64,000 nt of DNA, taken from positions 248,001 to 312,000 of the forward strand of contig JAQGDQ010000087.1 of assembly GCA_030141605.1 (NCBI GenBank), written 5' to 3'. Position numbers and translations under genes: made by a program. This document shows, piece by piece, positions 13,701 through 25,800 of the stretch; position 1 is the first letter of the stretch; each line of letters starts with the position of its first letter. The DNA is from Tubiluchus corallicola. Lineage: Eukaryota; Animalia; Priapulida. The notes beneath the pieces were generated by a model, which saw only the letters and a program-made list of their open reading frames with translations, had not been told where the DNA came from and made no database searches.

Positions 13701-16700
13701 ATATTCCTTACATGAACGGTACAGCAGAGAGCAAAACATTGTGAAAAGATTTTTTCTGATTTAACATTCACTTACAGAAAACGAAATCCAAATTGCCAGG
13801 CTACAACAAGTCGTTTATTTGAATTAATAGTGATTTGTAAACATATTTTTGAAATGCAATTCACATGAATCAAACCTATAACACCTGAATGAAAATGTAA
13901 AATCCAGCCTGGCATACTGCTACATCCATTTCTTTGGTTGAATGGCACCTAAAAGATTTTATGGATTTTTCTCCCATTCACCCAAATGCACAAATCGTAC
14001 ATTAGTACAAGTCCTTGAATGCTCATTTACATTATCAGTTCTGATATGTTAGATTTACACAATTACACATCTACAATTTAGTAAAAAGAATTTTTTACTT
14101 CTGAGCGAAAACCAAAGCATTATACGGTATCCGTTACGTTTCTTCATCGAGAAGAAAAATACTCTGGTTCTCACTGTCATCCAATAAAAGCAGGTCTTTA
14201 TACTGCTTGTTAGAACGCTGTTAGAATGAACTGTTAACGCTGTTAGAAACATTTTATTTTTACTGTTAACTCAACAAAAACTACGAACACATTGTCATGT
14301 CCATGTCAAGAATTAACGATGCTCAAAAGCCATTACTCATATGAAACAATTGAAAAAATGCTGTGAACGACAGCACCAGCAAATGAATGTGTCCATTGAG
14401 TTCACATTGTCAGCACTAATCATTCGTTATGATGGATAGGCACTAGTCATTCAAAATAAATGCTAGATAAGCAGAAAACTGAAAAAATAGATTATAGAAA
14501 AACAAAAAGCTGACCGGCGGCTGACAGAGAACTTTCAGCATCAAACAGATCAGAAAGAGCCCGCCATTACTCGCTTATCAAGAGAAAACTTTATATTCGT
14601 CTGAGGTAAATGTACTCCTAAATGCCTTTTCAAAAAATCAATGTTCAAACAATTATGCGAGATTCTCTCTTTAATCTACATTCATAACAGCTGCTACCAC
14701 AATGCAATAATTTAGCGTATAAATTCATTTCAATTCATTTCAAGTTAAACCCTCCACCGCTACAAACCGCTGGCTTATAACAAGAAAATGCCACCAAACA
14801 TTTACCTCAGAAGTCAAAGCCCATTTTTGTTCACGCGCGTAAATTATTACATAGTCTTTGGCCTCTGGATTCTATTAGTGGCAGAAACTTGTCCAACAGA
14901 CTAATGAAAAAACAATACAGACATCCTTCTCCATACCTTTCTCATTTTCTAGACAACTACAGCTAGTTCGGTGAGGTTTGTTGCTGGAAATTATGATCTC
15001 TGAAGCCCAAAATGTGTCATCTAAACAACTCAGATCCATTGTCCAGGGTAAGTATCTAATAATGTCGAGTTTTTTTCAATCCAAAGTCGGATGTGTAGCT
15101 GTATGGCATCTCAGCGGTTCGTCCTCCTGAATATATTACGACTTCCTCTATTACAGGTATGCACAATCAACCAAAAATGGTTATATTTTATTTCTGATAG
15201 CCAAGGCATTCCACGTTTCCTCGTTAATGTCTTTTCTTTTTTGTGCTGCGACCGATTAGATCACTAGAAATTCATGTTTAAGATTACGTCACACAATCGC
15301 GAGGTATATTTTTACCATACATTACGTAATTGCAGCACTGAAGATTATGAATGCACGTGCAATCTCTCAAAAGTAAAATTTACACTCACAGCACAGCGTA
15401 GTAATGGTACATTGATGATTGAAACGAAACCCTTGCAAAAAGATCCGACTTTTTCAATCTGGCCATATAAATTACAGGTCGCTGTAAAGAGGCGCAAATG
15501 CATTAACCCCGCACATTACACGACGCAAAACGCAGCTATGAGAATGAAGAATAGCCCTAATATTTCCTAATTTTCTACGTTGACAAGCAAATGAAGCAGC
15601 AGCTATTTTGCGATTATCTTCTGTTACTAGTTGGCACTCGGCATAAGTTACATCAACAGCCTTATAGGTGAAAAGAAGCTACAGTGGGGACATTTTGCAA
15701 CACGACAAATGAAGTGCTGTAGGACTCTTCATTCCTCGCCACTCAGTGCCCGACTGTCTTAAATATTGGCTAAAGTCCCAACTAAAGTACTTCATTGATG
15801 ATAGCAGCAAAAACCAAATCAGCGTCCATTCACAGATGCGTAATTCATAATTACAACACAATCATCACTTCACAGTCTAATTATCCATCACAGTTTACGC
15901 GGTTTAATATATTTTTACAGCAAGCAATAAAGCGATAATGGAATATACAGTGTGCACGACATAAACGCGGAGCACTGAAAGCTATTTGCGTCAATCAGCA
16001 AAATTTTATGCAAAATAGGGAAATTCAACAAAAATGCACTAAAGAAACGCGTAAAATATTTATTAACTGATAAAAATCCTACACGCCAACGTTTAGCATA
16101 TCCGCCGCTACAAGAAAGCACTGTGGCTATAATGGCTTTCTCAGTCATTTACCCATACTAGGGCCACAAAATCAATAATGGTTTGCGAGGTCTTCTGGCT
16201 TCATCTAGCCAGCGTGCAAGCCAACTCTTCAAGCATATTGTTGCTCGAGTACTAGACCGCGTAGTATGAGTGAGTATACTTTATGGGGAAGTAAATACTA
16301 CAAGCGGGTCAAGTAGTGTAATTTCAGCCAAGAGTAGATAAACAATTCCACTTCATAAACAATAACAGTAAACAATATCAAGTACTCAGCCTTGATGTTG
16401 AGTGGAAAGTGTAAAAACAGACAACAGCGCTATATTGGTTTACCTAACATTTTCTTCACTTCGCTGTAATATCATAGTTTTGACGAAGAAGAATTATATT
16501 TTAGTAGGAAGAGTTATATAAACAACCATATATAAGCATTAAGCAACACATGATTTTCATATGATGTATAAACTACATCCAGCTTTGAAAATTCTATAAA
16601 ATGTTATAATCCAAAACCAAACCACACTTGTTGTTACACTCAAACATCTAATTTTTGTTCTTAGACTAAAGGTATTCACCACTCAAAATCAGAAAGGTCC

Positions 16701-19700
16701 AGAAGAAATGCACAGCAAAATTACACATGGCAAATTTTTGTACAGTGATTTGAACTTAATGCAAAATTATGAAAAAAATTACTGTATCTAATTAGCAATT
16801 ATCAAATGCTTTAAGTAGTTTAGTTAAAAGAAGTTTCTACAGGAAGAAACAAACCAAAAATGTGTGAAAAAGCAGGTGTACGGTAAAAATGGCACAGGAA
16901 AAAATGGCATGGCAAAAATTGCACAGGAAGAAATGCACAAATGGAAAAGTAGGTAGAAATGGCAGAGGAAAAATGGCATGGTAAAATAGCAGAGAAAAAA
17001 ATGACACAGGTAAACAGAAAAAAATGGCACATGTAAACAGGAAAAAATGGCACAAATGGAAAAGTAGGCAAAACTGGCACAGGAAAAAATGGCACAAATA
17101 GAAAAGTAAAAATGGCAAATATGTTATATTTATACGATTGATTTCTATAATAAAACTAGAATGCGCTCAGTAGGAAGTAGATCTCTGCCAAAGCCAAACA
17201 ATCCCAAACTTATTTATCTGATTCTTTTGATTTAAAAAAATTTAACACAAATATAAACAAGCAAACATGCAAAAATTATTACACAGACTAGCAAAAGTCT
17301 CACAAAATATTTGTTCATTAAGGATTTTTATAATCAATAATGCACAAATGCCTCACATAGTCTTTATTTACCTTTTAACCACTAATTTTGTCGGTGGTAA
17401 TATACTGACAAATATATACACATACACACACATACCAAGTCACCTTATAAGGCTATATGCATTAATAAGCAAAGGTTACAGACAGCACTACACGGTTTTG
17501 CAAGCAAGAATTTTTTGAAATGGAAGTGGAACTAACTCGTAGTATATTGTTTTTCCAGGTGATAACAAAAAAGAAGTACTAAACATCTTTCTGAGACATA
17601 CATGAAGTGTGTGCACGAATGTTTTTTTTGTACATGGTGTTCGGTCAAGTTTTGCGAAAAAGAACTGGTGAAAAAATTCTCATTTTGGCACTCAATACCA
17701 GCCTTCTCCACAATCCTATTCCTAAACACACATTTAACTAGGTGTGCCATTTTTCCTGTGCCATTTTTAACTATTTTTCCATTTGTGCCATTTTTACCAT
17801 GTCATTTTTTCCTATGCCAGTTTTACCTACTTTTCCATTTGTGCCATTTTTCCTGTGTCTTTTTTGTCGTGCCATTTGTTCCAGTGCCATTTTACCTACA
17901 TTCAAAAAAGCATAATGCCCCAAGACAATATAACACAGGCCACTTTGCAGAATGCAGAACCACTTTTGCACTGTTCTTTTATAATAGAATTGCTCTTTGA
18001 TTCCAAGCATGTTAGAATTAAAATTACTGTTTGATTCCAAGCATGAACTAAACTACCTATGAGGAAGACTTACTCCTAGCCTCAGTCTCACAGTGGCTTT
18101 GACAGAGATCTACAGGTGAACAATGCCTGTTCGTTGCTATCACATCCCTTTTCCCAGTTTTACTATAAAACTACTTGATCTCAGGCATATTTTATGTCCG
18201 GTAGCGTCTAGTTAGGTTTTTAGGCGAACACCTTAATTTTAGCGGTTTCGTCACGATAGTATCGATAAGCTATTTTTACAAAGCTATATAGTAAATGGAT
18301 GGACAGACAAACAAAAATTTTCATGTGCACTTGACCTTTGAAACTGCTTTCCCATACCCATCTCAGATACAAATACCCTAAGTGGAATACCTAAAACAGG
18401 CCTATAAAATAAATCATACGAAATTTTGTAGCATTAGCATTAGCCATTACATTTTCTACATACTATGTACTGTGGGAACGAATGAGAGCCAGACAGATGT
18501 ATACGTAACTAAAAACAAAAAACAATGATCTGGATCTGAAACCTAGACTTTCATGCCATAAAAGAACCCGAGGTAAATAGCGTCATATTTAACGACATTA
18601 AATTCAGTTATTTTCTCGACACACGTAAATAAACGTTTTTTAAGCAGGGTGACCATGATCATGCCTGTGGTCACATTTCGTTGTTTGCTTGTCTGTTTCT
18701 GTACTTACTGGATCAGTTTTTGCCATATATCTGTTTGCTTCTTTGCTTATTTGTTTGTACATGCTGTCTTGTGTAGGTTTTGAAATTGTTATTTCAATGC
18801 AACATTGACCCAGTGAATCTCAATAACTTGAAAGCTTTTTCACAGATTTTTGAAGAGCAGCTTTGAACTAACGTATCCTTGTCTATTAATCTACAGAAGT
18901 AGTCGTCGACTTACGACCACAATTGGTGCCAGTGGATTGGTAGAAGGACGAAATGGATGCAAGTCAGAAACATATATTCAATGTATATTCAAGTGATGCA
19001 CCCCTACATGCAAGACGTTGTGTGTGTACAGGCAAAAAGTATGGCAGTGCTAATCATGAACTTATCGAAGCAAACAGAGATTTTAAAGCTAATTAGTTCG
19101 AAAAAATAGAAGGAAAATTTGAGTTATAGTTGATTTTGTATAACTAACTAATTGAATTGTGGTCGGGTCGTAAAGTCGAACAGTTGTAAGTCACATAGGT
19201 CGTAAGTCGACAACTACCTGTAACTCCTATGGGAACAGCCACTTGAAAAAATTGCTAAATTTTTACAATTTGATTTCTTAATTTTGTTAACAAACTTGTT
19301 ATACTGAGTAGTAATAAATATAGCAAGCAATAATAGGGGTCTGTTGGCAGGTGATCAGGTTAACTTGAGTGGGCGGTGTTGCAGGTGGAAATGTTTTGGT
19401 CCATTACCTCTTCTCAAGGTAGTATATGCATTAGAAGCCACAATATATTAGACTGTAGCTCAACCGCTAGACTACTTTTTCTACTCTGACATTGTATAGG
19501 TGGAACTTGTCATATACACACGTCTTTGTTGCATTTAAAAATTTGACTTATAATTATACTGCTACCTTTTACTGACATTCTGGCTTTTTCTCGACTCAAT
19601 ATTGGACCAACAATGTATGTATGCATTTTTAGCTTTTTAGTGTAATGTAGTAATCTGTAGCACTTATTTTCTAGCACTTTTATTTCAGTAGACTTGTAGA

Positions 19701-20841
19701 TGTAGTAATTGTAGACTACAGAAAATTTGTATTTTTGCAGAATAAACTAACATAGATATGGGAACGCAACTTTGGTTTGAGCGTATACATTACAGGCGGT
19801 AAAAGATAAAAGACAAATTTGCTGTAAACTAAAATACACAGTATGCCTTGCAATGTACGTCATATGAAAGGTAGCGAAGAGACATGTGAAATATATCAAC
19901 TTAAATGAGGCAAAAGTCATTCTCAAGGCCATGGAGAACAACAAGAACACAATACCTTAATACGGTTAGTAGAATATTCATATTGTTTATGCACAATGGA
20001 TGCCAATGTGGGAGCTACCTCATTCACTTTAAGGTTCCAAGAGGCAAAAACTCTAACCCTTCTTTTACTTAAACATAGCAACCAACAAAATGTACCTATC
20101 CTGGTGGCTGTGATTCTGTAACAAATAGCTTCTAATTTTGACTAATTTTAGCAGATTGTGAAGCAGGCACTGTAATGATAAACACTCAAGTTCAGAACAG
20201 TGTAATGTACAAAGCAAGAAAAAGTTGGATGCCCCACAAAAATGGTAAACATGCCCAAAAAAAAGAAGTCTAGAGGTATACAATTTCTGGCTAACAAATA
20301 TACCTACCTAAAGTTAAAAACTGATCCAAAATTTCTTAATTTTGTAACAAAAATATAAATTACCTTCGATGCCTTCATAAAGATGGCAAACTGTTTTAAT
20401 AGAAATCCAAGTGCAGCATAAAATACAAAAACATACATGAATATATAGACAAACTACAGGATTTATATTACTATTACGTAGGCCTACATATACAGAGACT
20501 AGTATATGTTAGATATTGATGAAGATTCAGATTGAATTAATGTTGTTATGCATTACAACAACATAATAGACAGTTCATGATAAAGGCAAGAGCTCAAGGT
20601 GTAGTAAACAACTAAAGTCATCTAATCAGCTATATTTTTCATGAAAAAAATTATTAAATTAGCAACATTTCACATCTCAGTACGAAAAAGCAATGATACA
20701 GAATCAATGCTCGTGTAAAATCGTCGCAGCTTTTCATTTTTATAACTCGATTAAACTAAGAAAATAGCGAAACGCGCAAACAGTATGTGCAATGCGAAAG
20801 CACAAACATTTGAAAAAAAAACAATTAGTACCTGAATACAT
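4707..20841 (-). CDS. CHN1: Chimaerin (alpha2/beta2-type SH2-C1-RhoGAP Rac GTPase-activating protein), 12 coding exons, about 480 aa
   Basis: Exons in transcript order: 20841-20832 (MYS, least certain), 12585-12535, 12224-12137, 11508-11395, 11181-10993, 9984-9825, 8814-8740, 7841-7757, 6947-6696, 6215-6078, 5871-5766, 4881-4707; total 1443 nt, all GT-AG and phase-consistent. Motifs: [13 protein letters not shown] (chimaerin N-terminus), SH2 YHG...[16 protein letters not shown], intact C1 [42 protein letters not shown]...C, RhoGAP GIYRVPG arginine finger, LKLFFRLLP and [17 protein letters not shown]. Probably the single orthologue of vertebrate CHN1 and CHN2. Confidence 0.95.
8333..8400 (+). 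pseudogene. Degenerate 5S rRNA-like fragment (pseudogene or 5S-derived SINE piece) in a chimaerin intron
   Basis: GAAGTTAAGCAATGTTGGGCCTAACTAGTGAATGGGATGGG aligns by eye with the 5S internal control region GAAGCTAAGCAGGGTCGGGCCTGGTTAGTACTTGGATGGG; the 5S ends are absent. Confidence 0.5.
11615..11749. repeat. 45-bp minisatellite, 3 copies, intronic
   Basis: AACTTAGGAACTTCTACACCTAGGGTCCATGCTACCTTATAGTCA x3 with one C/T change; explains the 15-aa repeat in ORF 11515..11814. Confidence 0.95.
16875..17903. mobile_element. Non-autonomous foldback DNA transposon, MULE/Mutator-like, with TIRs built from tandem AAAAATGGCAC units
   Basis: Left arm 16875-~17117 (AAAAATGGCACAGG arrays) is the inverse of right arm ~17742-17903 (GTGCCATTTTT arrays); G...C termini; 9-bp flanks GAAAAAGCA / AAAAAAGCA (8/9 identical) fit a TSD. 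Confidence 0.7.
18894..19220. mobile_element. Tc1/mariner (pogo/Tigger-like) MITE
   Basis: TA|CAGAAGTAGTCGTCGACTTACGACC ... GGTCGTAAGTCGACAACTACCTG|TA: about 24-bp TIRs and TA TSD. Confidence 0.8.
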
Positions 20842-21080
20842 CCTGTAAACGACGCCCAGCAAGACACGAAAAATTTGAATAACCAGACTTCAAACCAATC
20901 TTTTCTTGATACGTTTATAGTTATAGTTTATACGTGAACCTGTACACCGTCAGAATATTTCAGGTGTTCAGCAGAAACTAGAAACAAATTCACAGAAAAA
21001 TTATCATTATAGGAAGCTGCCATTATCCGGTTTTCCTTTCAATTGGATTTATTTACTACATGAGTTAGGACGAGATGAAC

Positions 21081-21499
21081 CCATAGAATTAGATGGTGCA
21101 TCCTCAGTATCTCTGGTAGTGAGCATTCTCTACCAGAAAGCGAATTCGAATCGAACGGAACTTCAGTGTTTCGAATTCGAACCGAATTCGAATTGAGATT
21201 GCAAGATTTTCGAACAAGTTTTCGAACCACCAGTAAAAGTTAGTCTTACAAAGATCATGCATATCACTAGATTTTGTTCTGCAAAGAAACGACAGGTAAT
21301 TTCTTTAAAATTGTGCGCAGGAATCACAGCTAAATTATGCTAATTACATGATGCTTCAATCGTTTCAATGATCAGGAACACATGTGATTGAAGTGTTGAA
21401 TTATTCGAATCTATAGTTTTGGATTCGAATCGAGTTCCACCCCTAATCCCCAGAGAGGCATTCTCATTCTAGGCGCATGCGCTTTATCTAAATCTATGG
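21081..21499. mobile_element. Unclassified non-autonomous DNA transposon with a 6-bp TSD, containing a nested TTCGAA-rich element
   Basis: TIRs CCATAGAATTAGAT / ATCTAAATCTATGG (13/14 match); exact ATGAAC on both flanks (21075-21080, 21500-21505); internal 21127-21445 is homologous to 33560-33910. Confidence 0.7.
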
Positions 21500-22069
21500 A
21501 TGAACCGTTGTTTCTTCGCAATATTACAGTTAAAAAAGATTAGCTGTAAAATATTGCAAATGGAGAAAACAAAGATGTTGATGATTATTTTACTAGAATA
21601 GATGTCGTTGATGATAATTTTTGAGATTATGTTTGTTTCACACCATTATGTGCACGGCTGTACGCCAGTACGTAAAAATACAAATTCTAATAAAAAAAAG
21701 TGAAAACTAAACCACATACAAGTTTGTTTTACTGTATCAGCCTATATTATTGTTTTATGATTGTTTTATGTATTTATTGCGTAATACGCATATGTGTGTA
21801 ATTTATATATTTGTACCATGTACATAACTCACATGTGTAGCATCAAATTTTAATAATGTTTTTTAAAGTCATTGTTAAACCTCAATTATTTCTGTTAAAC
21901 AATTACACAATGTTGTAAGTTCAGCTAAAATGTCTTATCTACTGAAAACTTAGTTCCTGCTGTTACCATAAACTAATCATTGATGTTAACCTTGAGATAC
22001 ATAACTCACTTATACTGTTATACTGTCATGATTAGGGGTTAAGCGAGTGCACTCATCGAAACCCCGTAT

Positions 22070-22520
22070 TTTTTCACAAGGTTGTTGATTAAGGATTTAA
22101 ACTTTACCATAGCTGGAGCAGCAATCACCATGGCAAGCATATTATTCCATTCATTCACTATTATCACGGTAAAATGAGTATTTACGAATGTCAAGACGTG
22201 ACCACTCTTCAAATGGTTTTGAATTGTGTCCACTAGTTTTAAAATCAACAACTAAAAAAACAATTTTTCACCTTAAAATCTAAAATGTTTTCTTTTCAAA
22301 TTAGTATTTTATAAACATTCCATAAGCAATAATGTCATTCTGATGAAGGGGATTCCAAAACTGAACACAGTATTCTAGATGAGGTCTAACCAAACTAATG
22401 TTTAATTTCTGTGTAAATTCTCTATTTCTGGAAACGATGTGCATCTTTATAATCCTCAAAATTTTGCTTACTTTTTAACTGTACATGTATTATAATTCCT
22501 TGTCAAACTGTGTTTTTGCA
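22070..22520 (-). mobile_element. Decayed CR1-clade LINE, 3' part of ORF2
   Basis: Minus strand reads KKVSKILRIIKMHIVSRNREFTQKLNISLVRPHLEYCVQFWNP (CR1 signature LVRPHLEYCVQFWSP), then IVNEWNN...VIAAP...KFKSLI, typical of the CR1 ORF2 C-terminus; frameshifted. Confidence 0.85.
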
Positions 22521-22891
22521 ACCGTCCAGTAAATGTTGATTTATATGAGACATCGTGCTACATTTTTCTCAAAATTAATAATACTGATATTGTTTTTTAA
22601 TTATATATCCATGTTAGATGAATAGACGTAGAGTAGCCAGTGTACTTATGCAAACAAGTATCTGTGCAATAAAAGTAAACCCAATTGAATTGTAAGGCTT
22701 ATTTGGTGCGTCTTTTTCAAGAAACCGAAATTTACAGTAACAACATGGTCGCTCCCTGTTTTATTTGTTTTACATGTGCTTTCGGCTTGATGCTCTTCTT
22801 CGATTGAGTTGCCGATAAACTACCTAAAGCAGTTACTGTTTTGTGTGAATTAGTTTTTTTGTGATTTCTTATACTGGTTACTTATCTAATC

Positions 22892-25800
22892 ATGAATTTA
22901 GATGAACTTTTGTACACTATGGGGATGGGGAAGTACCAAGTTATTGTTTATATAATCCTGAGTCTCAATTACTTGGCTGTCAATAATAATCATCTGTGTA
23001 TGGCATTCTACAAACTCGTTTTGCCACATTTATGTAAGGTATGGTGGAACTTCGTGTATTGCTGTTAGTTGTGATGATTAAGACGATTACTTTGTTTTAT
23101 CCACTGACTCCAATTTAAATCCAAAAGAGTAATTGGACAATAAAAAGAGAACCCAGTTAAATATTGCAAACTTTCAATTCAGGAACACGGTTCAGAAATG
23201 GAGTTCAGGATTTGAAAAAAGTTCCGGGTTGGGATCGTTGTGACCCTGATTTAGAAATCCCTAATGCAAACTAACCTTGAAAACTTATGGAAGTTTGGCT
23301 ACCAAGTCACACATAGTTATAAGTAATCTAACATGCTTGCAGATCAAATATGCCGCAAACGGAAATGTATGTACGCTTAATAATAAATGCCCAATCATGA
23401 GATAGTGCAAATTGAGTAAGTGTTGACTGTCGAACAAAAATTGGGGTCTTTTCTTCCTGAAGAATTAGTTCTATAAAGAAACTTGTGTTTGCCTTCATTT
23501 TTTGAATAAAAGTCGTTTGTCAGTCTGTTACCAAGGCACATTTAGGAAGGCTTTATTTTGTCACTTACTACACAGTTACCCTAAAACTCCAAGCGACCAC
23601 TTTTGGAATCATATCTACTGTTTTCGCTTTTAAGTCATTACTGATCCTATCCAATAAGGTGATATAATTGTAAAGATAAGTGTATCGTAGAATAATTGTT
23701 CACATTTTTTATGCCTAGCTTCTAATTTTAATGTAGCAAAACCTTTCTGGGTAAACCTTTCAGATTATTTGGAAGTATGATCATGTCTGATTTAATTTAC
23801 TGGCAAAGCAGGAAAGGCTAATAATCGTTATCATTCATTGTATGCATGTGCATCTGAAATAGGTGGCACTACATGCAATTATCCATCAATGGATTCTCCT
23901 GAATGTATGAAACGTGTGGAAACTTCTCGCGCAAAAATCGTAGAAAACAGTTTGTGTGCTGCTGTGTAAAATGTGCATTATACAACTACTGACACCAGAC
24001 ACCTTGCGTGCCTTCGAATTGCATGTTACCATACATTCTGCTTGCACATGTATAAACAGGCCATATATCTTTGTATGAACTAAAGCGTGAGGATAGGCCT
24101 AATTACATTTTAAAATTAATGTTGTATTAATTTTTTCAGTTTTTTTAACTTCTTTGTTAATATAGAACATACATTTTGGTATTTCTGTTGCACATAGGTC
24201 AAGAAAGTTGTAATTGGATTTTTAAATTTACTGTTCTCTTATAAATGTAACAGTTTCACAAATTTATGTTGTGTTTTTATATAGGTACCTGCAAATGTAA
24301 CCAGTCTAATCACTGGAGCCGTTGTTGCTAATGTAACAAGTAATGAATGTAGTTTGGACATTTCATATGTTAGAGAAAGTGGTGAGAGTAATTTTTCTAT
24401 GGTAGATTGTCCAGATGGGTGGACATACGACCAAGGTTTGCCAGGACCTTTTGGCTGGTATGAATGGACCATTAGCAGTGAGGTAAGTTAATTAATTAAT
24501 TAATAAACTATTTTGTTAAACGACTCAATTGTGATTTGTCTTATGCTCTATTGTAAAACAATAAAAGTCTGCATTTTGGAAATAATAATAAGAAAAACCT
24601 GTTTGGTAATTTGGGATTAAACATTTGACATTCTTCAAAAGCATTTACTGGTAGTGGCACGTATTTGAAAATACCAGTACTTAATGTTAATAAGAACCAG
24701 GGCTGCGGAGTTGGTACATTAAACTTCTGACTCTGGCTCCGATTCCTCTAACAATAAGTGTACTCTTAACTCTAACTCCACAGCCCTGATAACAGCATGT
24801 TGAACAAACAGTTGAACAATTTCTGCTCTTTTAATATTTTGAGTTAGGTACCTCATATTCCATTTTTAATGAAATAAAACTAACCCAAACTGCGCATGAA
24901 ATCTATCAATGACAAAATCAAACTTGACTAAATTCCTAAAACAATTATGGATAACATGCATAATTTTAAAATATTAAACTGATTCAAGCTTATAGGTATA
25001 CGCTTTTGCTTGGACTGTAGCTTATTTCTGTTGTTATTTTCATTGCTAATGTGATAGCAGCATGACCTTACAAGATTTACAGTAATGGAAGATAGGTGTT
25101 TTGCATCTGTTACACATTCTAATAGTATGGTTGTTACTTAAATTGTTAATGTCATGATTTCTTTCAGTGGGATCTTGTCTGCAGTAGATGGCGTGAGAGT
25201 TTGCCAAACTTGTCAACGACAATCTACTTTGTAGGAGTGATGTTTGGTGGGCTTTTGTTTGGCACATTAGCGGACATGTTTGGTCGCAAGCCCGTACTGC
25301 TTACCTGCTTATACTCACAAATTGTCATTGGGGTTATTATCCCATTTTCTAAAAGTTATACAATGTTTGTCTTGTTGCGATTTGTTCTTGGCTTTATACT
25401 TCAGGTAAAAGTTTACTTATAGTTTGGATGGTCTCAAAGTTTGCATTTTACATTTATTCGTTATTGACTTGATTTGTTGCTAACTAACTGCACAATATCA
25501 CATAAAAGAATGTTGCAGGCTATCTACTTAGCCATGCTGTATTATTACATTCTTTAACTTGTTTGGGTTGCTTGCAAGTTGCCTAACATTTATGATGAAA
25601 TGCTTGTGTACTGCGTATTATGCACTTTTTGAAGCTTCGCAATTTTGCCTATGACTAATTGCTGGCATAGATAACTTTTTGTTACAATTTTTTTTCAATT
25701 CATTACTTCATATTGACAGTATTGTCATTAGGTGCTAAAAAGTTAGCAAGTGTTTTATCTTTTTTAAGGTGAAAATGTACGCTGCAGAATATTTTATTTT

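Noticed and set aside
16820-18040. Several overlapping Phe/Cys/Pro-rich ORFs
   Set aside because: Translations of the modular TIRs of the foldback element.
18871-18882. GTATCCTT U12-type donor
   Set aside because: Not at any exon boundary; all assembled introns are ordinary U2-type GT-AG.
20360-20380. Alternative chimaerin start exon ATG AAG GCA TCG AAG|gt (and ATG AGA AAG|gt near 14937-14945)
   Set aside because: Phase 0, out of frame with the phase-1 exon at 12585; the 20841-20832 exon fits the frame.
22339-22362. CTGATGA...GAAA hammerhead ribozyme core
   Set aside because: No GAAA with a closing stem II; the sequence is the antisense of a CR1 coding fragment. The other CTGANGA/TCATCAG hits I checked by eye also lacked the core.
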